Shown: positions 19,765 through 29,332 of the stretch, piece by piece
How positions within the stretch are numbered: the stretch's first letter is position 1
How the letters are laid out: each line of letters begins with the position of its first letter
DNA from: Paramicrosporidium saccamoebae KSL3
Lineage: Eukaryota; Fungi; Cryptomycota
Direction: 5' to 3'
NCBI GenBank assembly: GCA_002794465.1
Contig: MTSL01000168.1
Coordinates: forward strand, 56,001 to 88,000
DNA: 32,000 nt
Made by a program: the position numbers and the translations under genes
Notes under the pieces: model-generated
The model's input: the letters and a program-made list of their open reading frames with translations, nothing else
What the model was told of the DNA's origin: nothing
The model's database searches: none

Positions 19765-20404
19765 ATGTTAAGCCGGAGGATTGTCTACAAGTTCTCTACG
19801 TTGCCCTTCCGGGATGAGTTAGTGACATTATTGCAAACTGAGAAGTTTGAAAGGACTGAGGCAGAGAAAATGATAGATGCCATCGACGCTGCAGTTCAAG
19901 AATCGTAAATGCTTGCATTATTATCATTAACGTTGTTAGCATTGGCAGGGAATCAGCTAGCCACATCCAGTTTGACGAGTATCAGCGAGTATGAGATTTT
20001 CCAATGTCTGTAATGTGGCATAGTTAGTACACGCATATCAAGAGAGGGTGGAACATGAGCGACGCGAACTGCTCAAGACTGAAACGCTCGGCAACACTGC
20101 ACTGAACAAGGACTATGAATTTTTGCTTGGGGAAATTAGTCGTACTCAACAGAGGATCAAAGAAGAGACACAGCATCTGGAGAGTAGCGTCAAGCTCGAC
20201 TTGAATTTGGAAAGGAAGAGGAGAGCCGATTTGATGGCAGAGGTTGATGGAAAGGCTGCCGAGGTCGGGAGATATCTTGGCCAAAAGACTGAGGAGATTC
20301 AGAAGAATCTTCAGGCAGTATCACGACAGGCCATGACTGCAATAGGATCATCAGCAGCCGCCCTTCTATTCGGCTTTCTTGTTTATAAACTTTCTCAGAA
20401 TTAA
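19765..20404 (+). CDS. Mitochondrial DUF1640/CCDC90 (MCUR1, Fmp32/Put6-like) coiled-coil membrane protein, 3 exons
   Basis: Basic presequence-like MLSRRIVYKFST, head ELVTLLQTEKFERTEAEKMIDAI, coiled coil with SVKLDLNLERKR, and a C-terminal TM segment. Introns 19905-19939 and 19989-20023 (35 nt each) join three in-frame exons. The ORF track shows only exon 3. Confidence 0.75.
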
Positions 20405-20628
20405 ATTGTTTGGTGAGAGATGACATGTATATTAGACAGTATCGGCTTATAATTGATGGTCACGGCTCGGGTAGCTACCTCACGATCCGGTGTGTTGAGG
20501 GTGGTGGACTATAAAGGTGTCACATACTCTAATAAAGCAATCCTTTCCCCTCACTAACACAACTATATAACCCCTCCCTTGAACCTCGCTATTGTCGCGC
20601 CTGCAGGGGGTTCCTAGAGCATTTTAGA

Positions 20629-21732
20629 ATGTCAGTAGTCGAAAAGATTCGCGAGGTTGAGGCTGAAATGGCACGTACCCAGAAGAACAAGGCTACGGCC
20701 TACCATCTGGGTACTCTAAAGGCCAAACTGGCAAAGTTACGTCGCGAGTTGCTGACCCCCAAGGGTGGCGGTGGTGGTGCCGCAGAGGTGGGTTTTGACG
20801 TGGCCAAGACGGGAGTGGCTCGCATCGGCTTTGTGGGCTTTCCATCTGTGGGAAAAAGTACGCTGATGAGCAAACTGACAGGAACATTTTCTGCCGTGGC
20901 CGAATACGAATTCACCACGCTAACGACAGTTCCCGGAGTGCTCCACTACAAGGGAGCCAAGATTCAAATGTTGGACTTGCCGGGTATCATTGAAGGCGCC
21001 AAAGATGGACGTGGACGTGGTCGACAGGTAATTGCAGTAGCCAGAACTTGTTCCCTGATATACATTGTGTTGGACGTCCTCAAGCCACTGACGCATAAAC
21101 GGATTATTGAACGAGAGTTGGAGGGATTTGGAGTTCGACTTAATCAAAAGCCCCCGAACATCTCCCTTCGCAAAAAGGACAAGGGAGGAATCTCCATTAC
21201 GGCCATGTCTCCGTTGACTCATATGGACAATGATGCCATCAAGGCCATTCTGGGAGAGTACAAGATGCACAATGTGGATCTCGTGTTCCGCTGTGATGCC
21301 ACAGCCGACGATCTTATTGATGTCATTGAAGGAAATCGCATCTATGTGCCGTGTGTCTACGTGCTCAACAAGATTGATCAGCTGACAATTGAAGAGCTTG
21401 ATTTAATCTACAAGATTCCCCACGCCGTCCCCGTCTCGGGGCATCACGAGTGGAACTTTGACGATTTGCTCGAGATGAGCTGGAAATATCTTGATCTGGT
21501 GCGCATCTACACGAAACCCAAGGGACAATTGCCTGATTATACAGCACCCGTAGTGCTACGAAGCACCCGCAGGACTGTCGAGGATTTCTGTAATAATATC
21601 CACAAGGGCATCATGAACCAGTTCAAGTGTGCGTTGGTATGGGGCGCGTCCTGCAAACATAACCCGCAGCGAGTTGGCAAGGACCATGTGCTTGAAGACG
21701 AGGATGTCGTTCAGATTATCAAAAAGATTTAA
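20629..21732 (+). CDS. RBG1: Developmentally regulated GTP-binding protein 1 (DRG1/Rbg1, 367 aa)
   Basis: GFPSVGKS (G1), YEFTT (G2), DLPG (G3), NKID (G4) and a C-terminal TGS domain ([25 protein letters not shown]). The KLRRELL and [11 protein letters not shown] segments are DRG1-type. Confidence 0.96.
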   Translation: MSVVEKIREVEAEMARTQKNKATAYHLGTLKAKLAKLRRELLTPKGGGGGAAEVGFDVAKTGVARIGFVGFPSVGKSTLMSKLTGTFSAVAEYEFTTLTTVPGVLHYKGAKIQMLDLPGIIEGAKDGRGRGRQVIAVARTCSLIYIVLDVLKPLTHKRIIERELEGFGVRLNQKPPNISLRKKDKGGISITAMSPLTHMDNDAIKAILGEYKMHNVDLVFRCDATADDLIDVIEGNRIYVPCVYVLNKIDQLTIEELDLIYKIPHAVPVSGHHEWNFDDLLEMSWKYLDLVRIYTKPKGQLPDYTAPVVLRSTRRTVEDFCNNIHKGIMNQFKCALVWGASCKHNPQRVGKDHVLEDEDVVQIIKKI

Positions 21733-21850
21733 TACAATAAACTGTGATCGACTAGACGTGAGGTTTGTAATAGGGACCCTTGATCCAGGCTTTGGATTTT
21801 GCAAGTACTCCAGCTCGCACAAGTGTTATTGTTGATGAGCGAATTATTTT

Positions 21851-22059
21851 TATTAAAGTATGTAGCATCTAGGCTACCACCCTCGGCACACTGAATTATG
21901 GGATCGCCATCTGGGTTGGACTCTTCAATCGCAAGTGGTTACTCTTTAACAAGGTCCCATCACTAACTTCACAGCTCTATTAAAGTATGTGGCGTATAGA
22001 CTACCACCCTCGGCACACTGGACTGTGGGGTCACTATCTAGGCTGAATTCCTCAATTGC
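21851..22059. repeat. Degenerate direct duplication, period 127 bp (82-nt aligned cores at 21851-21932 and 21978-22059)
   Basis: Both units start tattaaagtatgt and share ctaccaccctcggcacactg. There are 16 mismatches in 82 nt with no indels. Confidence 0.9.
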
Positions 22060-22216
22060 CCAACAGCTACTGGTATTACCCTTCACTCACATTAGGCTTC
22101 GTTTTTTGCTTAAACATTGGATTAATGCTGCCGTTTATGCTGCACACTCCACAAATCCTACCCTCGTGACGGCCATCGTGACTAGATCTCCACTAAGCCA
22201 GGGTTAGAGTGTTAAC

Positions 22217-23973
22217 ATGACAGACTATGAGGCCAAGCTTTCCTCTAGAAACCCTACGGTCGAGTGGGAGCTCTTTGCCCAAGCAGACTGGCTATCCAAC
22301 GGATTTGAAAACCATAGTGGTAAAATCATCGTACCTTCGGATTATGACAACCCCGGCAAAGGGACATTTTCGCTGTACATCAGACGCTATACAAAGCCCA
22401 GCAGGGATCCCGTCGCGCATATTATCCTACTCGCCGGTGGGCCAGGCTATAGCGGAATGGTAAACAGAAATACTGCAATAAGACTGGTAACTAAATACGG
22501 TGTACAAGTGGCCGTGTACGCTGTAGATCATCGAGGATTAGGTGTTTCGGGGGCATTTCCATCGACAGAGAATCTACACAGCCTTGGAGCCGAGAAACTC
22601 TTGAGAATAACTAATCAGGGTCAGTTTGATATCAAAGATTTAACCATGACAAATGCAGCATTAGATGTATCTATGCTTGCCATGGCAATACGATCAAAAG
22701 TAGGCACCACAGCCCGAATCCTCCTGCACGGGTATTCGTATGGTTCCCGATGGGCCCACCATGCCGTGCAACTGACGCCAAACCTATTTAACAGTGCCTT
22801 TCTCGGATGTGTTCCTCTAATTTCAGGAGCGAAGCACAAAAGTAGTTTGGTTGGCCTGGCTGAAATGTGCGCCAAAGACGAGTTTTGTCGTCGCAAGATG
22901 GGAGGCAATGCTTATGCAGCCATGAGCCTGGCTGTCCGAAATCTGGGCAATGCAAATTATAATGCGTGCACAGAGTTGTTCCACGAGCATCTCAGCGGAT
23001 ATTTGTATGGCACGATTGGGGAACGCACTGCCAACGTTTCACTGTTCTTCGATAAAATACTGAGAGATCACCCGGATCAGTTTTCATCAAGCAGGAATTT
23101 CCGGACGCAGCAGCTCATGCTCCCATTTCTGATGGCCACCGAAAAGTGTGTCAACAAGACGGAATACCGTGACAAAGTACTGCGGCCAATGCTCAAGCTC
23201 GGCACACCAGATTATCTGCAACACCAAACAAATGGCCCTATGGATGATACAGAGCTTAATCACCTGGTGAACGCTGTAATTTTCCTTGACGCGGATTTTC
23301 AAGACTTCCGAAATGACAAATTTATACCACCTGCTGATCACGCAGACTTGCATCCGAGTGTGGCCCTACAATCCTTCTTCTATCCACTATGGGAGGTGCT
23401 GAAACAACGGCTGAGTGGCCGCAAGCTCTCTAATGAACGCCCGGCCGTGTCCAGCAAAACTGACATATATATTCTGGCCAGCCGGATGGACCTGAACACT
23501 ACCTACATGCCGGCGTGGTCCCTTTTCAATCTCATCACTACTCCGACAAAAAAGTGGCTCTTGTTTGATAACCGCGATCATGATGGACACGAAGGAGACT
23601 GCCATGATCGGTTGGAGGAAGAAGCCATCTTTGGGGGGGGGTGGGTGGCTATAACTATGAGCATTGTGTGCGCAGGACTGATGCAGAATACAAACTGGAT
23701 TGGACCTTTAGTACAATGGGCGAGTATGCGGGAATGTGGGATTGCGTCCCCGACAGCACAGATTTACAAGTAGTCATGAACGATGTGCCAGTTTTTTTGG
23801 AGAGAGGGGCAAAGACAAGCCATCAGACTAGTGATATCTCTAGTGTCAGGATGATCTTTTTCGGAACTTTGGGGCTAGTCATGGTAGCCATGGCCGGTGT
23901 TCTTTTTTACAATTACAAAAAGGGTAAGACGAAAAAGTCATGCGTTGAGCAGCCCGAAATAAGCGTGCTATGA
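22217..23973 (+). CDS. S33/TAP-like alpha/beta-hydrolase (serine peptidase-like) paralog 1, frameshifted at G9 (23633-23641)
   Basis: LLAGGPG oxyanion loop, DHRGLG.SG, nucleophile GYSYG, acid SRMDLNT and His DNRDHDG. Similarity to paralog 2 continues in another frame after the G run (GGYNYEHCVRRTDAEYKLDW) and ends in a TM segment plus Lys-rich tail at 23973. Confidence 0.8.
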
Positions 23974-24038
23974 ATAATTTCAGCACTATTCTATATTTAG
24001 ACTGCAATTTTATGCAAATATACAAATTGTTTAATCTT

Positions 24039-24186
24039 TCGCGTAGTGGGGATAAAATCACGACCCAAGTCGTGCGAAAACCCGTCCACTGCTAATCCTA
24101 GGATAGTATGGATACACGCCTCACTGCCCTCAAATACTCAGCTAACCGATCCACTCTGACACACAAATATGTCTTCTCCAAACTAG
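24039..24186 (+). repeat. Dispersed non-coding element, copy 2, between the two hydrolase paralogs
   Basis: About 87% identical to 19439-19586, offset exactly 4600 nt. Confidence 0.9.
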
Positions 24187-24285
24187 CGAATTACGGCCGA
24201 GTTAACATTGATAAAAAGGCCAATATCTCATTATCGACCTGCCAACTTGGGCTTCTAGTAGTACCCCGGAATCCAGGATTGACGG

Positions 24286-26137
24286 ATGGGTCGTGAGGCT
24301 GAACTCTTCTGTTTAAACCCAACTATTACATGGGGACCTTGTACGAGAAAAGGTTGTCTTGTAGAGGGGCTGGATGTTCACAGCGGTAATGTTATCGTGC
24401 CTTCAGACTATGATGATCCCCCCCAAGGAGACGTTTTCACTGTACGTCGAGCGATACATTAAGCCTGACAGTGATCCCATTGCGCATGTCTTCTTACTCG
24501 CTGGTGGACCTGGCGGATACGGGAACAGCGAACAGGACGAAGCAATACGAATGGTCGATGAATATGATAGAAAAGTTGCGGTGTATCTCATTGACCACAG
24601 GGGACTGGGTGGTTCTGGAGAATTTACTTCCATAGCAAATTTACTCACGATCAGCACCGAAGACTTTTTGGAGACATTCGAAAATGGCGAGTTTGACATT
24701 AAAGATTTAATCATGACAAACGCAGCCTTGGACGTATCTATGCTTGCCATGGCAGTAAGAAAGGTTACAAGACCCACGGACCGATTTGTGCTGCATGGAT
24801 TCTCTTATGGGGCTCGATGGGCTCATCATGTCGTCCAATTAACGCCAGACTTATTTAGTAGCGCGTTCCTTGGCGGAGTCCCCGAAATTTTAGGAACAGA
24901 ACACTCTTCCAGCGTGATCGGTCTTGCTGAATTGTGCGCCAAAGACGAATTTTGTCGTCGCAAGATGGGAGGTAATGTTTATGCAGCCATGAACTCGGCC
25001 GTCCGAAACTTGGATAATGCAGATCATAATGAATGCACAAAGTTATTCCATGAGCAATTCAACAAGGATTTGCGTGGTACTATTGATAGTAAGGCTGGCC
25101 AGATTTCAAAATTCTTTCATAGATTCCTATCTGGTTCTGAAGACGGTCTGGTAGATGATGAAGATTTCGTGTCGACGCAGCTCATGCTACCTTTCCTGAT
25201 GGCCACTGAAAAATGCATCGATGTAGAAAAGTATCGTCACGAGGTCCTGCTACCCATGATCGGGTCCTTCCAGGAGAGCAATGGCAGTGACCCGGACTTT
25301 AACTCTGTGGTGAACTCTATAATTTATTTCGACACGAATTACCATGATTTTCCAGGGGGCAGACCCGAGTTGCCTACCCACAACACACATTTGCATTTAG
25401 ACGAATACTATTCGAGATTGTACTATACCGAATGGATGCATCTAGAACAGTTTCTGAAGGGCCGCAAGCTTTCCCAAGAACAACCAGCCAGAACCAGTAC
25501 AACTGAAATGTACATAATGGCAAGCAGAATGGACTTGTCCACTTCTTATCTACCCACATGGTCTCTCTTCAATTCCATCACTGCTCCAACAAAAAAGTGG
25601 CTGTTGTTCGACAACCGCGGCCATGATGGATACTGGGGAGAATGTCACGACATGCTTGAGAAAGAGGCCATTTTTGGCACGTCGAGCGGCTTTGACTACG
25701 GGGAATGTGTGCGTAGGACTGACGCAGAGTACAAGTTGGATTGGAGCTTTGCTAAGGAGGGTGATTATGCAAAAATGTGGGGCTCGGTACCCGACAGTTC
25801 AGACTTGGAAGTTGTCATTACTGATGCACCAGTCTTTTTAGAAGTGTTTAGTGTAGAAGGCGATCATGTCTTGCCCGTGGCGACGGGTCAGACTAATTGC
25901 ACGTCAGGTGATGGTTTTTTAACGACTAATCATGAAATTTCGAGAGGGGCCATCGACCATTTCCGCCCCATTGGTTTCGGCAACCTGTTCGGCACCGCTT
26001 CTGCTAACGGTTATCGCATCGACATGGGCAATGAGCATTATATCCCTATAGGCGATAATGTTGGCTATGCTAACCCGGCTAGTTTTCGTTTTATAGTGTT
26101 GTTGCAGGTGCTCCTTCACATTCTTGGCATGATCTAG
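24286..26137 (+). CDS. S33/TAP-like alpha/beta-hydrolase paralog 2, frameshifted at C7 (24418-24424); GPI-like C-terminus
   Basis: From ATG 24286 it reads MGREAELFCLNPTITWGPC...HSGNVIVPSDYDDPP, colinear with paralog 1 (EAKLSSRNPTVEW...HSGKIIVPSDYDNPG). Removing one C joins it to KETFSLYVERY. Motifs GGPG, DHRG, GFSYG, SRMDLST and DNRGHDG; terminal hydrophobic tail FIVLLQVLLHILGMI. Confidence 0.8.
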
Positions 26138-26538
26138 TACAAAAATGGACAAGCAGTCCGTTCGACAACCCACTTGCCACGCATGCGCTATGAGAAATTA
26201 TTGGTTCTCGCACATGTTTAGATAAATAGACTGATGGCTCGGAACTACGAGAGATCCATAATGTTTTAAGAATAGCAAAGGTATCGTGTGACGATGAGCC
26301 GGCCTAACGCCGTCTAAATTGGTGTTAGTTGTGTCATTCTCGATGGCTCATGATCAGCACCAATCCAATTTCTCCCAGTGCTGCTGGTCTGTTTGTGGCA
26401 ACACTAATCTTTGTCAGCATCATATACTACAAGGAGAACAAGAAACGATATATGTAGCAGTCAACTTGGTGGGCAACTTACAGCCCGTCCTAGAATTAAA
26501 TAGTTTTGACCTTTGTCGTCAATGAGGCATTTACTACA

Positions 26539-26639
26539 CACGGCCAAGTCGCCAATCCTATCCCACTCCCCCCCCCACTCTGATCCTATCCTACTCCATC
26601 CCACTCTGACCCTGCCCTACTCTATTCCACTCTAACTCT
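26539..26639 (+). repeat. Collapsed fragment of the dispersed element followed by a 26-bp pyrimidine-rich minisatellite
   Basis: cacggccaagtc-gccaatccta matches element copy 1 with an internal deletion. Then ccactctgatcctatcctactccatc (26575-26600), ccactctgaccctgccctactctatt (26601-26626) and a partial third unit. Confidence 0.7.
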
Positions 26640-26673
26640 TGGAGGATCTAAATTTTATTGATCAGCTAGCTGG

Positions 26674-28020
26674 CTATTCTTGCAACTGGGCTATATTTGT
26701 ATCTACATGCGAAGGTGTCTGGTGTTCGCTCAAAACTCTGTAAATGTCAAGAGAATTTGTGGTTGCTGAGGAAAGTTCATTCGCCATGTGGATCTTTAGA
26801 TGCTGCGCCAAGTTGTCCGACCGACTGAAGCTCTTCCCGCATCTTTCCACTGGACACGGGAACGGTCTTTCTCCCGTGTGAATTCGCACATGGCGTTTTA
26901 GATGCTCGAGCCGCTTGAAACGCCGCTTGCAGAACTGATAGTTGCAGATGAAGCGACGTTCCTCGTCACGACGAGCGTAGCGTGCAATGCTGCTGGGATG
27001 GTACGGGATCAGACGGGGTGGATTGGAGGGGTTGGAGGCAGGAAGGAGGGGAACACGGCGTGGTTGCTTATTAAGATCTTGGGGCAGTACTGGACGAGAC
27101 TGGTTATCTACAAGACTGAGAGGGGAATCCACATCAGCAGAGGAGGGAAGATCGAGACCAAAGAGGTGCAGGTTAAAGTCTGTGAGATCCATAAACTCGC
27201 TCGTGGATTTAGTGTTGTTGCTGGATATGGAGGCCGTGCCCGTCTGGGTAACATCGCTCAGGGTTTCAATATCGCTCAAGAACGGAGTGTTGTAAAAGTC
27301 CACCTGTTCATGTTCATTAGAGAAGGACTCTTCGGAGAACAGACTTGGATTGATGTACTTTTCCAATGGTCCCTGATTGGGCCAGCCATAATCGGCCGAC
27401 GGGAGATCAGTCGGTCCGTTTGTATTGACTTTTTCGCCACGCTTGTGCATCCGCGTCTTGGCATCGGTCACTAATCGGTTGACATCTACCGAATTCCAAT
27501 AGTAAACCTTTTGTTTCTTCTGGGTCCTAATGCATCCGTGTCGACAGAGCCACTCTAGGAATTCGCTGCGAGCCTCCTCCAGACGCGCACCCTGTCCAGT
27601 CTTCAGATGGCGCAGATCGCTGAACACGCCCTCTTCAAACTTTTTCATCTCTGAAAGACTCACCACGCTGCCCTCCATTCTCAGACGATACACAATCACC
27701 TTGATAATATCTGTGCCCGTAATGTAGTAGTCGCCGTCCCACAAGATGCACGACATCAGCTCGCCTCCCGAGTTGGGCAGCTCAAACTTTTTACATGCAC
27801 CTCGTCTTCGATACTGCAGGAGGCGAGTGCGCTTCTCTGCCGTCTCTGGGTCCGTGTTGTGCAGCATGCTATTCTTAGTTGCCTCGCCCAACATGTTCTT
27901 CAGACGGGCTTCGTAGAGGGCATGAACCTGCATGGGACCGGTCTGTAGAAACTCGTCAAGACGCTCAAGGCGGCTCTCATCAGTGAGAGTGCTGGTATTC
28001 TCTTGGGGATAAATGTACAT
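26674..28020 (-). CDS. STE12: Ste12/SteA-like transcription factor (STE domain plus two C2H2 zinc fingers)
   Basis: STE domain [13 protein letters not shown]...[15 protein letters not shown]...[15 protein letters not shown]2H2 pair [52 protein letters not shown]. The first ATG is at 28020 (the track starts at a TTG at 28113). Confidence 0.93.
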   Translation of the reverse strand: MYIYPQENTSTLTDESRLERLDEFLQTGPMQVHALYEARLKNMLGEATKNSMLHNTDPETAEKRTRLLQYRRRGACKKFELPNSGGELMSCILWDGDYYITGTDIIKVIVYRLRMEGSVVSLSEMKKFEEGVFSDLRHLKTGQGARLEEARSEFLEWLCRHGCIRTQKKQKVYYWNSVDVNRLVTDAKTRMHKRGEKVNTNGPTDLPSADYGWPNQGPLEKYINPSLFSEESFSNEHEQVDFYNTPFLSDIETLSDVTQTGTASISSNNTKSTSEFMDLTDFNLHLFGLDLPSSADVDSPLSLVDNQSRPVLPQDLNKQPRRVPLLPASNPSNPPRLIPYHPSSIARYARRDEERRFICNYQFCKRRFKRLEHLKRHVRIHTGERPFPCPVERCGKSFSRSDNLAQHLKIHMANELSSATTNSLDIYRVLSEHQTPSHVDTNIAQLQE

Positions 28021-28260
28021 TGCAAATCTGCGGCTACTCCGTCGTAATGTGCACAGGAGTCCTGACAGCCAGTCAATGATTCCCTTTAATTTGCCCGCAT
28101 CTATTTTGGGCAACTGTTACTATTTTAAGTAATAGACTTCCATTTAGGACGAATCAGCGCCTGTTTATAATTAAACCGTCAGCTCATCCACCCAATCATC
28201 AAAGTCTTTTCTCATGGTTGGACAAGGGTTGTGGAAATTAAGTTCTTCCTTCGGCACGTT

Positions 28261-29303
28261 ATGAAGAATATTGGAACCCATGACGGCAAGTTTCACGCCG
28301 ATGAAGCATTTGCATGTGCCATGCTGCAAATGACCAAAGAATTTCGTGATTCGAGTATGTATAATCCTCTATTACTGACTGAATAGAAATTACTCGCACC
28401 CGTGATGCTGAAGTCTTGAAAGGGATGGATGTGGTTGTGGATGTTGGCGGTACTTATGACCCAAATACGCATCGTTTTGATCACCATCAGCCCACTTTCC
28501 ATGATACCTTTTCCCCAGAACACAAGACATTGCTTAGTAGTGCGGGACTCGTCTACAAGTAGCTAAAGTGCACAAGTGCTAAATTATATAGGCATTTCGC
28601 CAAAGAGATTATTGCACAGCAGTTAGAGACTCCTGACGAAGCAGCCGTTGCTCTTCTCTATCGCAAAATCTACGACCGCTTTGTTGAAGCGTTCGATGCC
28701 CACGACAATGGCGTCTCTGCCTATCCATCCGAAATCAAGCCTCTCTTTCACCGGTCCTGGGATATTTTCGCCCAGGTGAACATTCTCAACCCGGATTGGA
28801 ATGAAGATGATGTAAATGTTCAGGAACGTTTCTTGCAGGCTGTTCAGCTGGTCCGCACTAACTTTGAGGCTGTCCTGAAAAAGTACACCAAAAGCTGGCT
28901 TCTCGGACGTTCCATCCTAGAACGCTGTCTATTGGCTGTTCCTGTCGGTGATGCCACTGCATTGGAATCCCAGATTATCGTGCTGGACCAATTCTGCCCA
29001 TGGCAGGATCATTTGTTTGATCTTGAAGGCGAGAGGGAAGTAAAGAATCCCATACTTTATGCCCTCTACGAGGACTCTATGAAGAGATCATGGAGAGTCC
29101 ACGCGGTCCCCATGGGTCCCGACACGTTTGAATGCCGCCTTGCCCTTCCCGAAGCGTGGCGTGGGTTGCGTGATCAGGAATTGAGTGACGTCTCGGGTAT
29201 TCCCGGATGCGTCTTTGTCCACCGTGGCGGCTTTATTGGCGCCCACGCTACCAAAGAAGGTGCCATGGAGATGGCCAAACAGTCCTTGAAACTTCAGCAA
29301 TAA
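28261..29303 (+). CDS. MYG1: MYG1 (UPF0160) exonuclease, 3 exons
   Basis: [54 protein letters not shown] and FVHRGGFIG. Introns 28355-28386 (32 nt) and 28559-28591 (33 nt). Confidence 0.94.
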
Positions 29304-29332
29304 ATGCGTACAAATCCTCCCTCCCCGGCTGG

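Noticed and set aside
21989-22207. 72-aa ORF (and ORF 24108-24296) as upstream signal-peptide exons of the hydrolases
   Set aside because: They are read through repeat sequence with no signal-like segment and no convincing in-frame splice junction.
21851-24186. Repeat-induced point mutation (RIP) as the cause of transition bias
   Set aside because: The changes are bidirectional and not confined to CpA/TpG, and the repeats are far shorter than the usual RIP threshold.
26138-26538. Short ORF 26319-26525 in the gap after hydrolase 2
   Set aside because: Non-ATG start, no recognisable motif, and ordinary intergenic composition.
28021-28113. STE12 start at 28113
   Set aside because: This is a TTG codon from a permissive ORF caller; the first ATG is at 28020.
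29207-29332. Extended start of the copy-6 ORF overlapping MYG1
   Set aside because: It overlaps the MYG1 3' end out of frame; the signal-like sequence begins at ATG 29333.
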